A DNA stretch of 64,000 bases, taken from assembly GCF_018350175.1 (NCBI RefSeq), contig NC_058368.1, forward strand, positions 172,424,001 through 172,488,000, in the 5' to 3' direction. Below the pieces are notes generated by a model that had not been told where the DNA came from, searched no databases, and was given only the letters and a program-made list of their open reading frames with translations. Every line of letters starts with the position of its first letter. The first letter of the stretch is position 1. A program made the position numbers and the translations under genes. The stretch comes from Felis catus. Lineage: Eukaryota. This document shows positions 14,465 through 26,165 of the stretch, in pieces.

Positions 14465-14665
14465 TCAGTCAGCTAAGCATCTGGCTTCTGGCTTCAGCTC
14501 AGGTCACGATTTTGCAGTCTGTTAGTTCAAGTCCCAAGTTAGGCTCTGTGCTGACAGCTCAGAGCCTGGAGCCTGCTTCACATTCTGTGTCTCCCTCTCT
14601 CTCTGCCCCTCCCCCCACTTTCTCTCTCTCCCTCTCTCTTAAAAATAAATAAAACCTAAACAAAC
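14465..14665 (+). mobile_element. CanSINE with degenerate 5' end
   Basis: Body gctcagagcctggagcctgcttc, CT tract, A tail. Confidence 0.8.
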
Positions 14666-14984
14666 AAAAAACTCGTAGCTCTGGTGCCTGCCTAACACTG
14701 CTAGAGAGTGTCAAGCCAGTCCACAGGCAAAGCTGCTGGTCGCCAACCTATGAAGTGCGTGCTGGCCCCACAATGTGTCCGGAAGCACCTTCTTCCTGGA
14801 CACCGAGGAGGAAGGAGCCTCCTGGCTTGGGCGGAGCCTGTTTGTTTTCCGTGGGGAAACCTCCATTCTCCTGCCTGGCTTCACACTCACTGTCTGTCCA
14901 TCTGGAACGAAGCAAGGCATAAGCACCTGCAAAGCCCCAACCATGGAGAACAGAAGATCTGCACAAAGGAGAAAGGGATAGGGA

Positions 14985-16325
14985 ATGAATATCCCAATTA
15001 TAGGAAGAACTCCTACAGAGCAACAACAACAAACAAACAAACAAAAACCCAGCTCAATTTTAAAACAGGCAAAGGGGGCACCTGGATGGCTCAATCAGTT
15101 AACATGGGACTCTTGATCTCAGCTTAGGTCTTGATCTTGGGGTCCTGAGTTCAAGCACCGAGCTGGGCTCCACACTGGGCATGAAGCCTACTTAATTTTA
15201 AAAAAAGGGGGGGGGGGGAGCAGGGACAAGGTCTTGAACAGACATTTTTCCAAAGACGCTATGGCCAATAAGCACATGAGAATATCTTCAACATTCAGGA
15301 ATCATTACGAAAATGCAAATAGAACCCAGGATGAGATACCACCTCACAGCCATTAGGAAGGCTATTATATAAAAAGCAAAGCAAAAAAAAAAAAAAAGCA
15401 AAGCAAAACCAAAAGAACAAGTGCTGGCAAGGACGTGGGGAAACTGGAACCTTTGGGCACTGCTGGTGGGGATGATGGAAAGTACAGCAGCCACTATGGA
15501 AAATGTGAAGGTGATTGCTCAAAATTTTAAACACAAAATTACCATATGGTGTAGCAATTCCACTTCTGGGTGTATACCCCAAAAAAAGTAAAAGCAGGCA
15601 GTCAGATATTTGCACACCTGTGTTCATTGCAGTGTTATTCACAACAGCCAAAAGGTGCAGGCAAGCCAAGTGTCCACTGATGGATGGATGAATGGATAGA
15701 CAAAATAGGATATGAACATACAGTACACACCCTTACATAGGAAGAAAACTGACATGCTACTGTACTGATGAATCTTTAGTACAGTACTGATGTACTTAAG
15801 ACCTTATGCTAAGGGAAATAAACCAGTCCCAAAAGGACAAGTTTTATGATTACACTTACATGAAGGATCTAGATTGGCCAGATTCACAGAGAGTCAAAGA
15901 GTGGTTGCCAAGAGGGTGGGAGGGTAGAAATGGGGAGTTAGTGTTTAACAGGAATGGAGTTTCATCTGGGGGAGATGAAAAAGTACCAGAGATGCAAAAT
16001 GAGGATGGGTGCACCGCAGTGTGAATGTACTAATGCCACAGCTCTGTGTATCTAAAAATGGTTGAGGGCGCCTGGGTGGCTCGGTCGGTTGCACCAACTC
16101 TTGATTTTGGCTCAGAGCACGATCTCACTGTTTGTGAGATCAAACCCTGCATCAGGCTCTGCACTGACACCACAGAGCCCGCTTGTGGTTCTCTCGCGCT
16201 CTCTCTCTCTCTGCCCCTCCCCCACTTGTGTGTGTACACTCTCTCAAAACAAACATGAAAAAAATAATAAAAATGGTTACAATGGGAGATTTTATGGTAT
16301 GTATAGTTTACCACAATTTTTAGAA
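14985..16325 (+). mobile_element. Old L1 (L1M-type) ORF2 3' end and 3' UTR, interrupted by SINEs at about 15075-15205 and 16064-16270
   Basis: L1 phrases gacatttttccaaagac, atgagataccacctcacagcc, gcaattccacttctgggtgtatacccc, gagtggttgccaagagggtgg; the second SINE has TSD taaaaatggtt. Confidence 0.85.
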
Positions 16326-16924
16326 AAGGATAATATTGACCAAGTCATGCAAACATCAACAGAGAACAGCTGGCAAACCAGCCCAACACTAAGCACATCT
16401 CTCATTTCGCCAAAACAGAACACAACTGCCCCTCTGGATTTTTAAGATTTTTAGGCCCCAATAATGTCAGCCAGTAAGAACCCACTGAGAGAAGACTACT
16501 AAAATATACCCAAAAGATCAGAGCAAAAACTAAATTCTAATTATTTTAATAGTGCGATTAGTAGTAATGTTGTATAAAACAAGATTTGCTAAAGAATTAT
16601 GCTTCCTCTTAAGATAATGACAGAACAATAGAAGACACATACCTTACAGCAAATCCTGTGATACAGAAACAGAGTAAGTTGAGGCAGAAGAGGAAGTATT
16701 ATCCCTAGGAGTTTAAAAAAAAATCTGGGTTCCACACTTCCCCCCTCTGCCCCTAGCCTGCCTTATTCAGCCCTCAGTTTCCTCATCAGTCATGCAAATG
16801 GCTTGAATAAGATAAACCTCCAATCAAAAATGGCTAAATGGTACCACCCAATTGAAGAATCTCCTTTGTCCAATTCCATGCTTACCAGACAACTTTCTGG
16901 TATAATCTGACTACCAAATAACTT

Positions 16925-17331
16925 TTTTTTTTTTAATGTTTATTTACTTTTGAGAGAAAGCACAAGCAAGACAGGGTCAGAGAGCAGAACAGAGGATCCA
17001 AAGTGGGCTCTGTGCTGACAGCAGCAGGCCAGATGCAGGCTCAAACACAAACCATGAGATCATGGCCTGAACCAAAGTTGGACACTCAGCCAACTGGGCC
17101 ACCCAGGTGCCCCACATTTTTAATTTGAGAGAGAGAGAGAGGGAGAGAGAGAGCACGCAAGTGAGTGTGCATGTGAGTAGGAGAGGGGCAGAAAAAGAGA
17201 AAGAGAGAGATAAAATCTTAAGCAGACTCCATGCTTAGCATGGAGCCCAATGCAGGGCCTGACGCAGGAATTGTGACCTGAGCCAAAATCAAGAGTCAGA
17301 CACTCAACCAAGTGAACCACCCAGTTGCCCC
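16925..17331 (-). mobile_element. Two adjacent minus-strand CanSINEs
   Basis: T tails, (GA)n and reverse heads ending at about 17112 and 17331. Confidence 0.85.
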
Positions 17332-17949
17332 CACAAAAAACTTTTCAACAAGAAAAAAAGTGTCAGCATTCCAGGCTCCTCGGAACTGATACTGAATTTC
17401 ATAAAAAATAAAGTCAATGATTCTAAACAGTGGAAGGAAATTGGTCCAAGTGATAGTGGAAAGGAGAGCCCAGTTTTCCTAATTCAGAACCCAACTATAT
17501 TCTACATCATCATCATCCATCAACACTGAACCATCCATCAAGGGAAGGCAGTTTTCAAATCATTTATGACCATGCCACTCAGTTCTTTAAATGTCCATGC
17601 CACTCAGTTCTTTAAATCATTCAAGAGGAAAATGATCTCAAATATTCTGAAAATGTCCAAAAATAATTTTAAAATCACACAATTTGAAAATTTGGGAATA
17701 TGCCCAGGTTTTAAGGTAGTGAATGAAACAAAAGGGAGGGATGGGGCATTTGTGAACTTCACTCTCTTCTGAAAATAACTTCTTTAAATTGGCTTTTGGG
17801 ACACAATCTTCCTGGCCTTTTTTTGCTAACACCTCCTCTTCCCAAAATTTCCTCCACCCTGCCCCACAAATAAATAAATTATGTAAATAAATTATGTAAA
17901 TACATATATGTATGTGTATGTCCACATGCACACACATTTATATATCAGT

Positions 17950-18440
17950 TCAGACATATCAAAACTCTCCAGAAAAATCCAAATTCTTTTCCATAGCCTA
18001 GGAGGCTATAGGTAATCTTGGCAGAACCATTTTTCTCAGACATCTTCTCTTTCCACTGTCCCCTTGCTTCAACCCCTTGTTTAAACACACCATGTGTATC
18101 TGACCTCTGCCTTTGTTCTTCCCCCACTTAAAATGATCATCTCCCATCTTTGCGTGGCTCTATCACTCATTTCATTCAGGTCTCATCAGTTCAAAGATTC
18201 CTACAGACAGGTCTTCCCTGATCACTACAATGGCATCCTCCCTCCTTCATTCCCTGTGAATTTTCTCTTTCCAGCACATACCATCAGTGGACATATACCT
18301 GTCACATGTATGGTCTGTCTCCCTCTAGAATGTAGGATCCATCAGAACAAGGACTATAGCAGTTCTGTTTCTGTACCCCCACACCTAAGAACAGCACTTA
18401 GCATGTAGAAGACCCACTGTATTTGCTGACTGAATAAACC
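17950..18440 (+). mobile_element. L2 3' end fragment
   Basis: ctagaatgtaggatccatcagaacaagg...cacctaagaacagcacttagcatgtagaag...atttgctgactgaataaa resembles the L2 terminus. Confidence 0.65.
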
Positions 18441-18486
18441 AGTGGGGAATAGAGGGTAAGTTACGGTAATAATGACCAAACTAGAC

Positions 18487-18907
18487 GGGGCGCCTGGGTG
18501 GCTCAGTTAAGCGACCGACTTCGGCTCAGGTCATGATCTCAGTCCATGGGTTTGAGCCCCGTGTCAGGCTTTGTGCTGTCAGTTCACAGCCTGGAGCCTG
18601 CTTCAGATTCCGTGTCTCCCTCTCTCTCTCTGCGCCTCCCCCACTCATGCTCTCTCTCTCTCTCAAAAAATGAATAAATGTTGGGGCGCCGGGGTGGCTC
18701 AGTTGGTTAAGCGTCCGACTTCAGCTCAGGTCATGATCTCGCAGTCCGTGAGTTTGAGCCCCACGTCGGGCTCTGTGCTGACAGCTCAGAGCCTGGAGCC
18801 TGTTTCAGATTCTGTGTCTCCCTCTCTCTGACCCTCCCCCGTTCATGCTCTGTCTCTCTCGGTCTCAAAAGTAAATAAATGTTAAAAAAATATATTTTTT
18901 TAAATAA
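18487..18907 (+). mobile_element. CanSINE with a second CanSINE (from about 18683) in its tail
   Basis: Two heads; outer TSD taataatgaccaaacta at 18467-18483 and 18908-18924. Confidence 0.9.
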
Positions 18908-21900
18908 TAATAATGACCAAACTAAATTCCCCCAAATGTGCCCTTCAACTAAATTATAGAAGTGGTCAATCCAACACATCTGTCACACTCTAATGCCAAG
19001 TTGCAGTTTGGTCCAAATAAGTAGCTTCAAAATTTGTTGATGTGGATGCTCCACCATGTCACATACTAAGTGCTGGCAATAGTGAGGGGTTTTCCTCCGT
19101 CCCTGCCTTCAAAGATCTCCTGGTCTCACACGAAAGCTATGGATAATTATAATAAGTGTTGTGAACATAGAGTGAGGGCAGGAACAACCAACGTGGGAGA
19201 CCAGAAACCGCCCAAAGTGAGTGTGCCACATATTCTGTGCACAAGTCCACACAGCCCATAGGAAACAGGGACAAGCAATTACTCCCACTCTTATCATGCA
19301 ACCAACCAGAGGACTCCACTGCTTTTTCTAACTGCCAGGCAATCTCTTCCCATGTTGGCATTCTTCCCTTGACAACTGCTTCAATATTTTTCACAAATCC
19401 AGCTGGAATCGTTAACTGACGTGCATGCATACACACAGAGGTTTCATGAAACTTTCTGTTCTCAGGTAATCAAACACTACAGCCTTTGGCTTAAGATGCA
19501 TTTCCATCTCTGGTCCCATATGCCCCATCATGGGTTGTTCCAAGCACTGATCAAACCTCAGGACAAAGGATCTGCCTCAAAATATCCCACCCGCCAAAGC
19601 TTCAAGTAGCTTTTAGCACACAATGTTCCCAGCCCAACAGGTTTTTATTGCTTGTTTACAAAGTTAACAAACCCTAACCTACAGCTTCTTATATAGCAAG
19701 TGGAATCAACAGCTGCTAATTTGGGATTTTTGTTTCTCCTAGATTTGATTTGGTTTAACTTCTTTGCTGAGTTTAAGAAATATCTGAAAAGATTTTCACA
19801 TATAAAGTACTCTGCAACCTCAATCACTCCTTATGGTAACACAAACCTTTCAAAAAGGTGTCCTCCTTCCCCCAGGAACTAATTTTGGCTATTTCTGTTC
19901 AGCGAGAGAAAAGGACATTTGCTAGAAAGAGAACAGCTGTATGGTCCCAGTAAATATTTACTCTATAAATTGAACTTCTGTTTATCTGTGTAACCCAGGT
20001 TATTCTCTCCTTATTTCTTTCAAAAGTGAAAGATACCAATGTTAGGAATCTGGGTGTAGTTGGGGGTGGGGGAAGCAAGTGAAGGGATGGAGAAAATAAC
20101 TGCATATAATCTATCTCTGCCCTGACATGCCCTCCCTGATGCACAAGTCCACATCCTCAGTACTGTCAGTTTTCAGAGTTTTTTGGCTTATCTGATTCCA
20201 CCATCTCACCAATACAAACCTCTTTCCCAGAATCGAGAAATTACTTAAAATGTAATCTTGGTTTTCTGAAATTTGATTCCTTAGATCAAAACCTGAATCC
20301 GAAGTCTTTGTTCAGCAGCATCTTCTTAATGTTGCCATAAATGCAGCTTTTATCTTCCGTTCCAGTCTCATTTTGGAGGAAGTGTTCCACATGGCTTGTG
20401 CTGGGGTAAAGGAGCTTCGGGCCGCTACTAAAGCTTACTAAAGCTACTAAAGTTTACCTCCTGAGTATTGCCACCCCTTTCCCTATCCTGCATGGGTGCC
20501 CCCACCCAAAGCTCTGGTGCCTCAAATCCGGTAGCCACACATCCTGTAAGTACTTCCTTAATATGGAGAAGTCTTGGGATTCATTTTACAACTACCCAGT
20601 TGGACAAAGCACACCCTTGGAATCAATGTTCTCTCTGGGCTTTCACGTCTATGGCCACCTCAGCCCCAATCACCTGCCTGGTCTTTGACTAACCTCCTAC
20701 TCTCTTATCCCATTTCTCCTTTTTCTTGTTACTTTGGGGACCCCTGGGTTCCAGCCACATTTAATCTATTTCCCCTGGCCAGCTGGGACTGAGTCATGGC
20801 CTCACTGCCACATTCAGCACGTGCTTCCTCAGGACCTGACCACCAGCAGCTGCCTTGCCACGTGGCCCTGGCCACCAACTTCACTGTTTCCTGGCTTTCT
20901 CTGCCAACCTCTGCCCTCTGCAGTGCCACAGTGATTTAGCAAACTGTAGTAGGAGCCTAGAGCCCCATCTGCAGGGGTGGGAGCACACTCATTCTGGGAC
21001 AAAGGAAGCCTTATTCTGGCACCTCAAACATGGTAGGACTAATCCCTCAGGCGCCTCTGAGTACACAGCCAGTGGGACCTCTTAGTGGGGGACAGAGGTC
21101 GCCGTGCCCCTGTCTCCCTAGCAGTAAACAAGGACAGAAAGGAAGGCCCTCCTGGATGAGGATCACCCCATTCTTTATTGACAAATCTGCTTTTAGGGCT
21201 CTGGGAAAATCAATGCATAGACTATCTCGGCCAGTTGAAGGTGATGGCAGTGACCATATCCCTTTAATCATATTCATTTCATTTTTATCAAAAATATTTA
21301 TCTGTGTATTGCACGGAGATTACAATACACATCAAGTTAAAAAGGCCTATTATACAGAATGCTCCCTCCTAGGAACACGTGGTCACAAGCTGAGAGCACG
21401 AAGAGAAACTGATGAAAGGAAACCATGTACAAATGATGAACCTGGGAGAAAGACTACTAGGGCTGGAAACCTGATTCCACCACTAATAGTCTGTAAAACC
21501 TCAGTAAGTGTTTTCACCTCTTTATGCCTCAATCTCCACACCTGTAGAATGGGCCTAACAGAATGTCTCTCATAGGGTTTTGATAATGAAGCAGGTCAAT
21601 ACCCTGGAAAACCACTGAATTAACAGCTAAGAGACCAAACAAAAACTATTGCCAGGCACTGAGAATTAAGAGAAGAGGGTTTTAGACAAGGCTTTGTGTT
21701 TTTGAGGCCTCTGGAGTAGATTAAAAATGGTTGCAAAAAAAACAAACCAAAAAAAAAGTTGCAAATTCTTTGTTATATACGCCTTGGAGAGGTAGAGTCT
21801 ATTTCTTCACAGCTTTCAATCTGGGCTAAGCATATAGCTGTTTTTGACCAACAGATGCACAGAAATGACTCTGTGCCAGTTTCAATCCTACATTTTAAAA

Positions 21901-21908
21901 GAACTGCC

Positions 21909-22586
21909 TGGGAATGCAAGCTGGTGCAGCTACTCTGGAAAACAGTATGGAAGTTCCTCAAAAAACTAAAAATAGAACTACCCTACGACCCAGCAATTGC
22001 ACTAGTAGACATTTATCCACGGGATACAGGTGTGCTGTTTCGAAGGGACACATGCACCCCCATGCTTATAGCAGCACTATCAACAATAGCCAAAGTATGG
22101 AAAGAGCCCAAATGTCCATTGATGGATGAATGGATAAAGAAAATATGGTGTGTGTGTGTATATATATATGTATATGAATATATATGTGTATATATATATA
22201 TCCACACACACACACACACAATGGAGTATGACTCGGCAATCAAAAAGAATGAAATCTTGCCATTTGCAACTATGTGGATGGAACTGAGGGCATTATGCTA
22301 AGTGAAATTAGTCAGAGAAAGACAAAAATCATATGACTTCACTCATATGAGGACTTTAAGAGACAAGATAGATGAACATAAGGGAAGGGAAACAAAAATA
22401 ATATAAAAACAGGGAGGGGGACAAAACAGAAGAGACTCATAAATATGGAGAACAAACAGGGTTGCTGGAGGGGTTGTGGGAGGGGGGATGGGCTAAATGG
22501 GTAAGGGGCATTAAGGAATCTACTCCTGAAATCATTGTTGCACTATATGCTAATTTGGATGTAAATTTAAAAACATAAAAAATAAC
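21909..22586 (+). mobile_element. 5'-truncated felid L1 (ORF2 C-terminus and 3' UTR)
   Basis: Translation [32 protein letters not shown]... is the L1 ORF2 C-terminus; TSD aaaagaactgcc. Confidence 0.95.
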
Positions 22587-22771
22587 GAAAAGAAAAGAAA
22601 AGAAAAGAAAAGAAAAGAAAAGAAAAGAAAAGAAAAGAAAAGAAAAGAAAAGAAAAGAAAAGAAAAGAAAAGAAAAGAAAAGAAAAGAAAAGAAAAGAAA
22701 AGAAAAGAAAAGAAAAGAAAAGAAAAGAAAAGAAAAGAAAAGAAAAGAAAAGAAAAGAAAAGAAAAGAAAA
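22587..22771 (+). repeat. Perfect (GAAAA)n pentanucleotide repeat, about 37 units, in the L1 A tail
   Basis: Directly visible. Confidence 0.95.
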
Positions 22772-22780
22772 GAACTGCCA

Positions 22781-23020
22781 GGGGTGCCTGGGTGGCTTAG
22801 TCGGTTGAGCATCCGTCCAACTTCGCTCAGGTCATGATCTCACAGCTCTTGAGTTTGAGCCCTGCGTCGGGCTCTGTGCTGACAGCTCAGAGCCTGGAGC
22901 CTGCTTCGGATTCTGTGTGTGTCTCTCTCTCTCTCTGCCCCTAACTGACTCGCATTCTGTCTCTGTGTCTCTCAAAAATAAATAAACACTAAAAAAAATT
23001 AAAAAAAAAAAAAAAAAAAA
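22781..23020 (+). mobile_element. CanSINE
   Basis: Full head to A tail; TSD aaaagaactgcca. Confidence 0.92.
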
Positions 23021-23315
23021 GAACTGCCAGCCTCCACCTCTCCTCTCTTGGAACCCAGCTGCCATGTTGAGAGGAAACTCAAACAGTATAGGGGTACACC
23101 CACATGGAAGAGAGGAAGAGAATAGGGGTGATCTCCCATCCACAGCCAGCACCAGTTTGCCAGCCATGTGATTAAGCCATCTTGGAAGTGGATCGTCTGG
23201 GTCCAGTCAGACACAAGCCTTCCCTCCATGAGCTGTTCCCAAAATTGCAAAATCATGCACAAATAAGATTTCTTCAAAGTCTCTTAATTTGGGGGCAGTT
23301 TGTTACACAGCCGTA
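23021..23315 (+). mobile_element. MLT1-type (ERVL-MaLR) LTR remnant; left part at about 21820-21908
   Basis: ggaacccagctgccatgttgagagg, gccagccatgtgattaagccatcttggaagtggatc, ggggcagtttgttacacag are MLT1-like. Confidence 0.65.
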
Positions 23316-23318
23316 TAT

Positions 23319-23320
<2 letters not shown>

Positions 23321-23406
<86 letters not shown>
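23321..23406 (+). repeat. (CT)n(CA)n compound microsatellite
   Basis: Directly visible. Confidence 0.95.
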
Positions 23407-23408
<2 letters not shown>

Positions 23409-23467
23409 CTCAGACCAAGCACTTAAAGCAGTTCCTCAAATTCCATATGTATAAAAAGGGAAAGGGA

Positions 23468-24012
23468 GGGGGCCCCTGGGTGGCTCAGTCAGTTAAGTGA
23501 GCAACATTGGCTCAGGTCACAATCTAATGGTTTGAAAGTTCGAGCCCCGCATAGGGTTCTCTGCTGTCAATGCAGAGCCCACTTTGGATACTGTCAGCCT
23601 CTCTCTCTGCCCCTACCCCACTCACGCTCTCACAAGCTCTTGCTCTCAAAAATAAATTAAAACAAAACAAAAACCATTTGCAACTAAGTGGATGGAACTG
23701 GAGGGTATTATGCTAAGCAAAATTAGAGAAGCACAAATATCATAGGACTCCATTCATATGAGGACTTTAAGAAACAAGACAGATGAACATAAGGGAAGGG
23801 AAACAAAAATAATATAAAAACAGGGAGGGGGACAAAACAGAAGAGACTCTTAAATATGGAGAACAAACAGGGTTACTGGAGGGGTTGTGGGAGGGGGGAT
23901 GGGCTAAATGGATAAGGGGCATTAAGGAATCTGCTCCTGAAATCTTTGTTGCACTATATGCTAACTAATTTGGATGTAAATTTTTTTTTAAGTTTAAATT
24001 AAAAAAAAAAAA
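23468..24012 (+). mobile_element. CanSINE (about 23468-23673) joined to a felid L1 3' end (about 23674-24012)
   Basis: SINE head and tail followed immediately by L1 3' sequence similar to 22260-22565; ggaaagggag flanks the composite. Confidence 0.88.
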
Positions 24013-26051
24013 ATGGAAAGGGAGAGGCAAGGTGTTCATTCATTCAAATGTGTGTAGAACACCTACTCTGTGCCAGACTCTATGACAGGTCTTCACACTG
24101 TTCTTCTGGTGCTGATGGTCTATGGCTGGGAGAGACATTAAACAACTCGTTACAGCGAAGTTGATTCTATAAAGACAAAGGAGTATAAAGGGGTATGGGA
24201 ATACTAGGTGATCTCACAGGCCCCTCCAACTCTGATATTTTATAACTGGATGACGAAGCCTACATCTATCTGTTAGATGGCCCCTGAGAGACAGTCATAC
24301 AGGATTATCCATGTAGAGAACACCTTTCTCCTATACAAATCCACTTCTTAATTAGAGTATCAACGAAGATGTGGAGTTTCCATAGCTACCCAACAAGTAA
24401 ATGGTGAAAGCACACGAAGAGTTGCCTCTATAGACTATGTTCTGGAGTGGAATCATGTCACGAAAGCAGCTTTGAATAAAGGGATAAGGAAAGAGTAAGG
24501 GAAGTAGGATTTCCAGGGGCAACTAAGGTAAACATTGTTTAATGTTTAAAAGACAAAAAATATGTAAGTTGATTGCTTCAAATTATTCTTGAGTATTTTT
24601 TTTTTATTCCCCAGGGGTTTTAATGATCACCAGGAAAGAACCCTTAAAGATAAATTTTTATTTTGCTGCATAAATAAGTAGCTTTCTACCAGACAAGCAG
24701 ATCCAGTAGAGAGCTCTCCTGTAAAGATTTAGTGAATTCAAATCATACCTTGCAAATACTGTGCCTTGAGACCTCCTTCTCCCCAAATCTGAACTATTCT
24801 AAGAACTAGGAAACGCGACCGTGGTAATGCAGCAATGTCAAACTATATACAGGTCCCACAAGTTTCATCAAGACAAACATAACTGAGTGCGAACCAAAAA
24901 ACCCTGGCGAGGAGGAAGAATTAGGAGCCTTCCCTTGACGAGATTTGGGAGAATTTAATCCAGTGCTGCTGACCGTGTACTTGATTTTCTAAGGACTCTT
25001 GATTTGGCTGGTGTTGAAGTCCTTCCTTTTAACCTCACATTAGAAAAAGAAAAACATCCTTTGATTCTTTGATAGGGTCAGCTAAGAGCCAAGAAAAGAG
25101 AACAGCCAATTCCTGCCGCTCAGATTTTCCTTTTGCATTACTGTGGTTAATGCTAAGGATTAGTTTGCTCTAGTTAAAGTGTTCAGACTTGATATAAGCC
25201 ATCTGTGGTCATGGATAAACACAAATGTTTTGAATGCCCACAGGTAGGGGTAATTTCACTATCTCCTAGAATCATCTCACAGGATCTTAAACAGCTATTG
25301 TTCCAGCTAAAGACACAAAAGGAGCACATTCATGAATTTCCTGTTTTTCGACCTTAAAAGTTCTTACACATGCAAAACACCTCACGCCCAACACCCAGCT
25401 CTAGGTCAAGTAGCCCTCACACCCAAATCCCTCCTGCCTCTCTTGTATCCGAGCATTCCTGGAGTAATTGTAGGCAGAGGTCAGCACCTCAGCAGCTGAC
25501 CAAAGCTCGCTGCTCTCACAGAAGGGACCAGCAGATTATAGCTGGAAAACTGATGCAAGTCACTCCCCTTGTTGAAGATGTGATAGAGTCCACGCCAATA
25601 TTACTGCCAAAGGGTCAGCGATTCCTGGGCCCACAGGGCCCCTGTACAAGGGGTCAGCTCACAAGTCCACGCCGAGAGAGGCCTCTTGTTTCTGACCCCC
25701 AGCATCCTGGGCTCTCTCAGGATTTTTCCTGCCCCTGAAATGCCTGGTGAACAACAGGCTGAATCTGACCCCATGGTGACCTCCAGACAGCCTAGAGGCT
25801 CCTGGGCAATAAAGACGTGGTACTAAAGGGGTCCCTGAGGGGATTTTATTAGCTCTGCTTCCAGGTGAGGAGGAGGAACCAACCATCAACAGGGGCTGGC
25901 AACTTTGCCGCCCAAGACGTTAACGCAAAGCTAGCATTTAACGGAAAAATTACGTGAAAAGAAGAAACAAATGCTCCTTTACACCAGAGACCTAGTTGTG
26001 AGAAATACAAATGAATTGTATTCAGAAATAGAGGTATTATAAAAAAGGTCA

Positions 26052-26165
26052 GGGGGGTGGGGGGGGAGAGTGAGGAGCATTGAGGAGGGCACCTGTTGGG
26101 ATGAGTACTGGGGGTTGTATGGAAACCAATTTGACAATAAATTTCATATTACAAAAAAAAAAAAA
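26052..26165 (+). mobile_element. Very short L1 3' terminus
   Basis: gagcattgaggagggcacctgttgggatgag...aataaatttcatatt plus A tail; TSD-like aaaaggtca/aaaagtca. Confidence 0.85.

Noticed and set aside
21030..21575. 181-aa ORF
   Set aside because: No recognisable homology or splice structure, ends in MIR-like sequence, and is antisense to MCC.
21759..22301. 180-aa ORF
   Set aside because: Read-through into a truncated L1 ORF2 C-terminus with a microsatellite insertion; not a gene.
22587..22771. CRISPR-like array or coding (FFSFL)n repeat
   Set aside because: A simple pentanucleotide microsatellite without spacers, in eukaryotic DNA.
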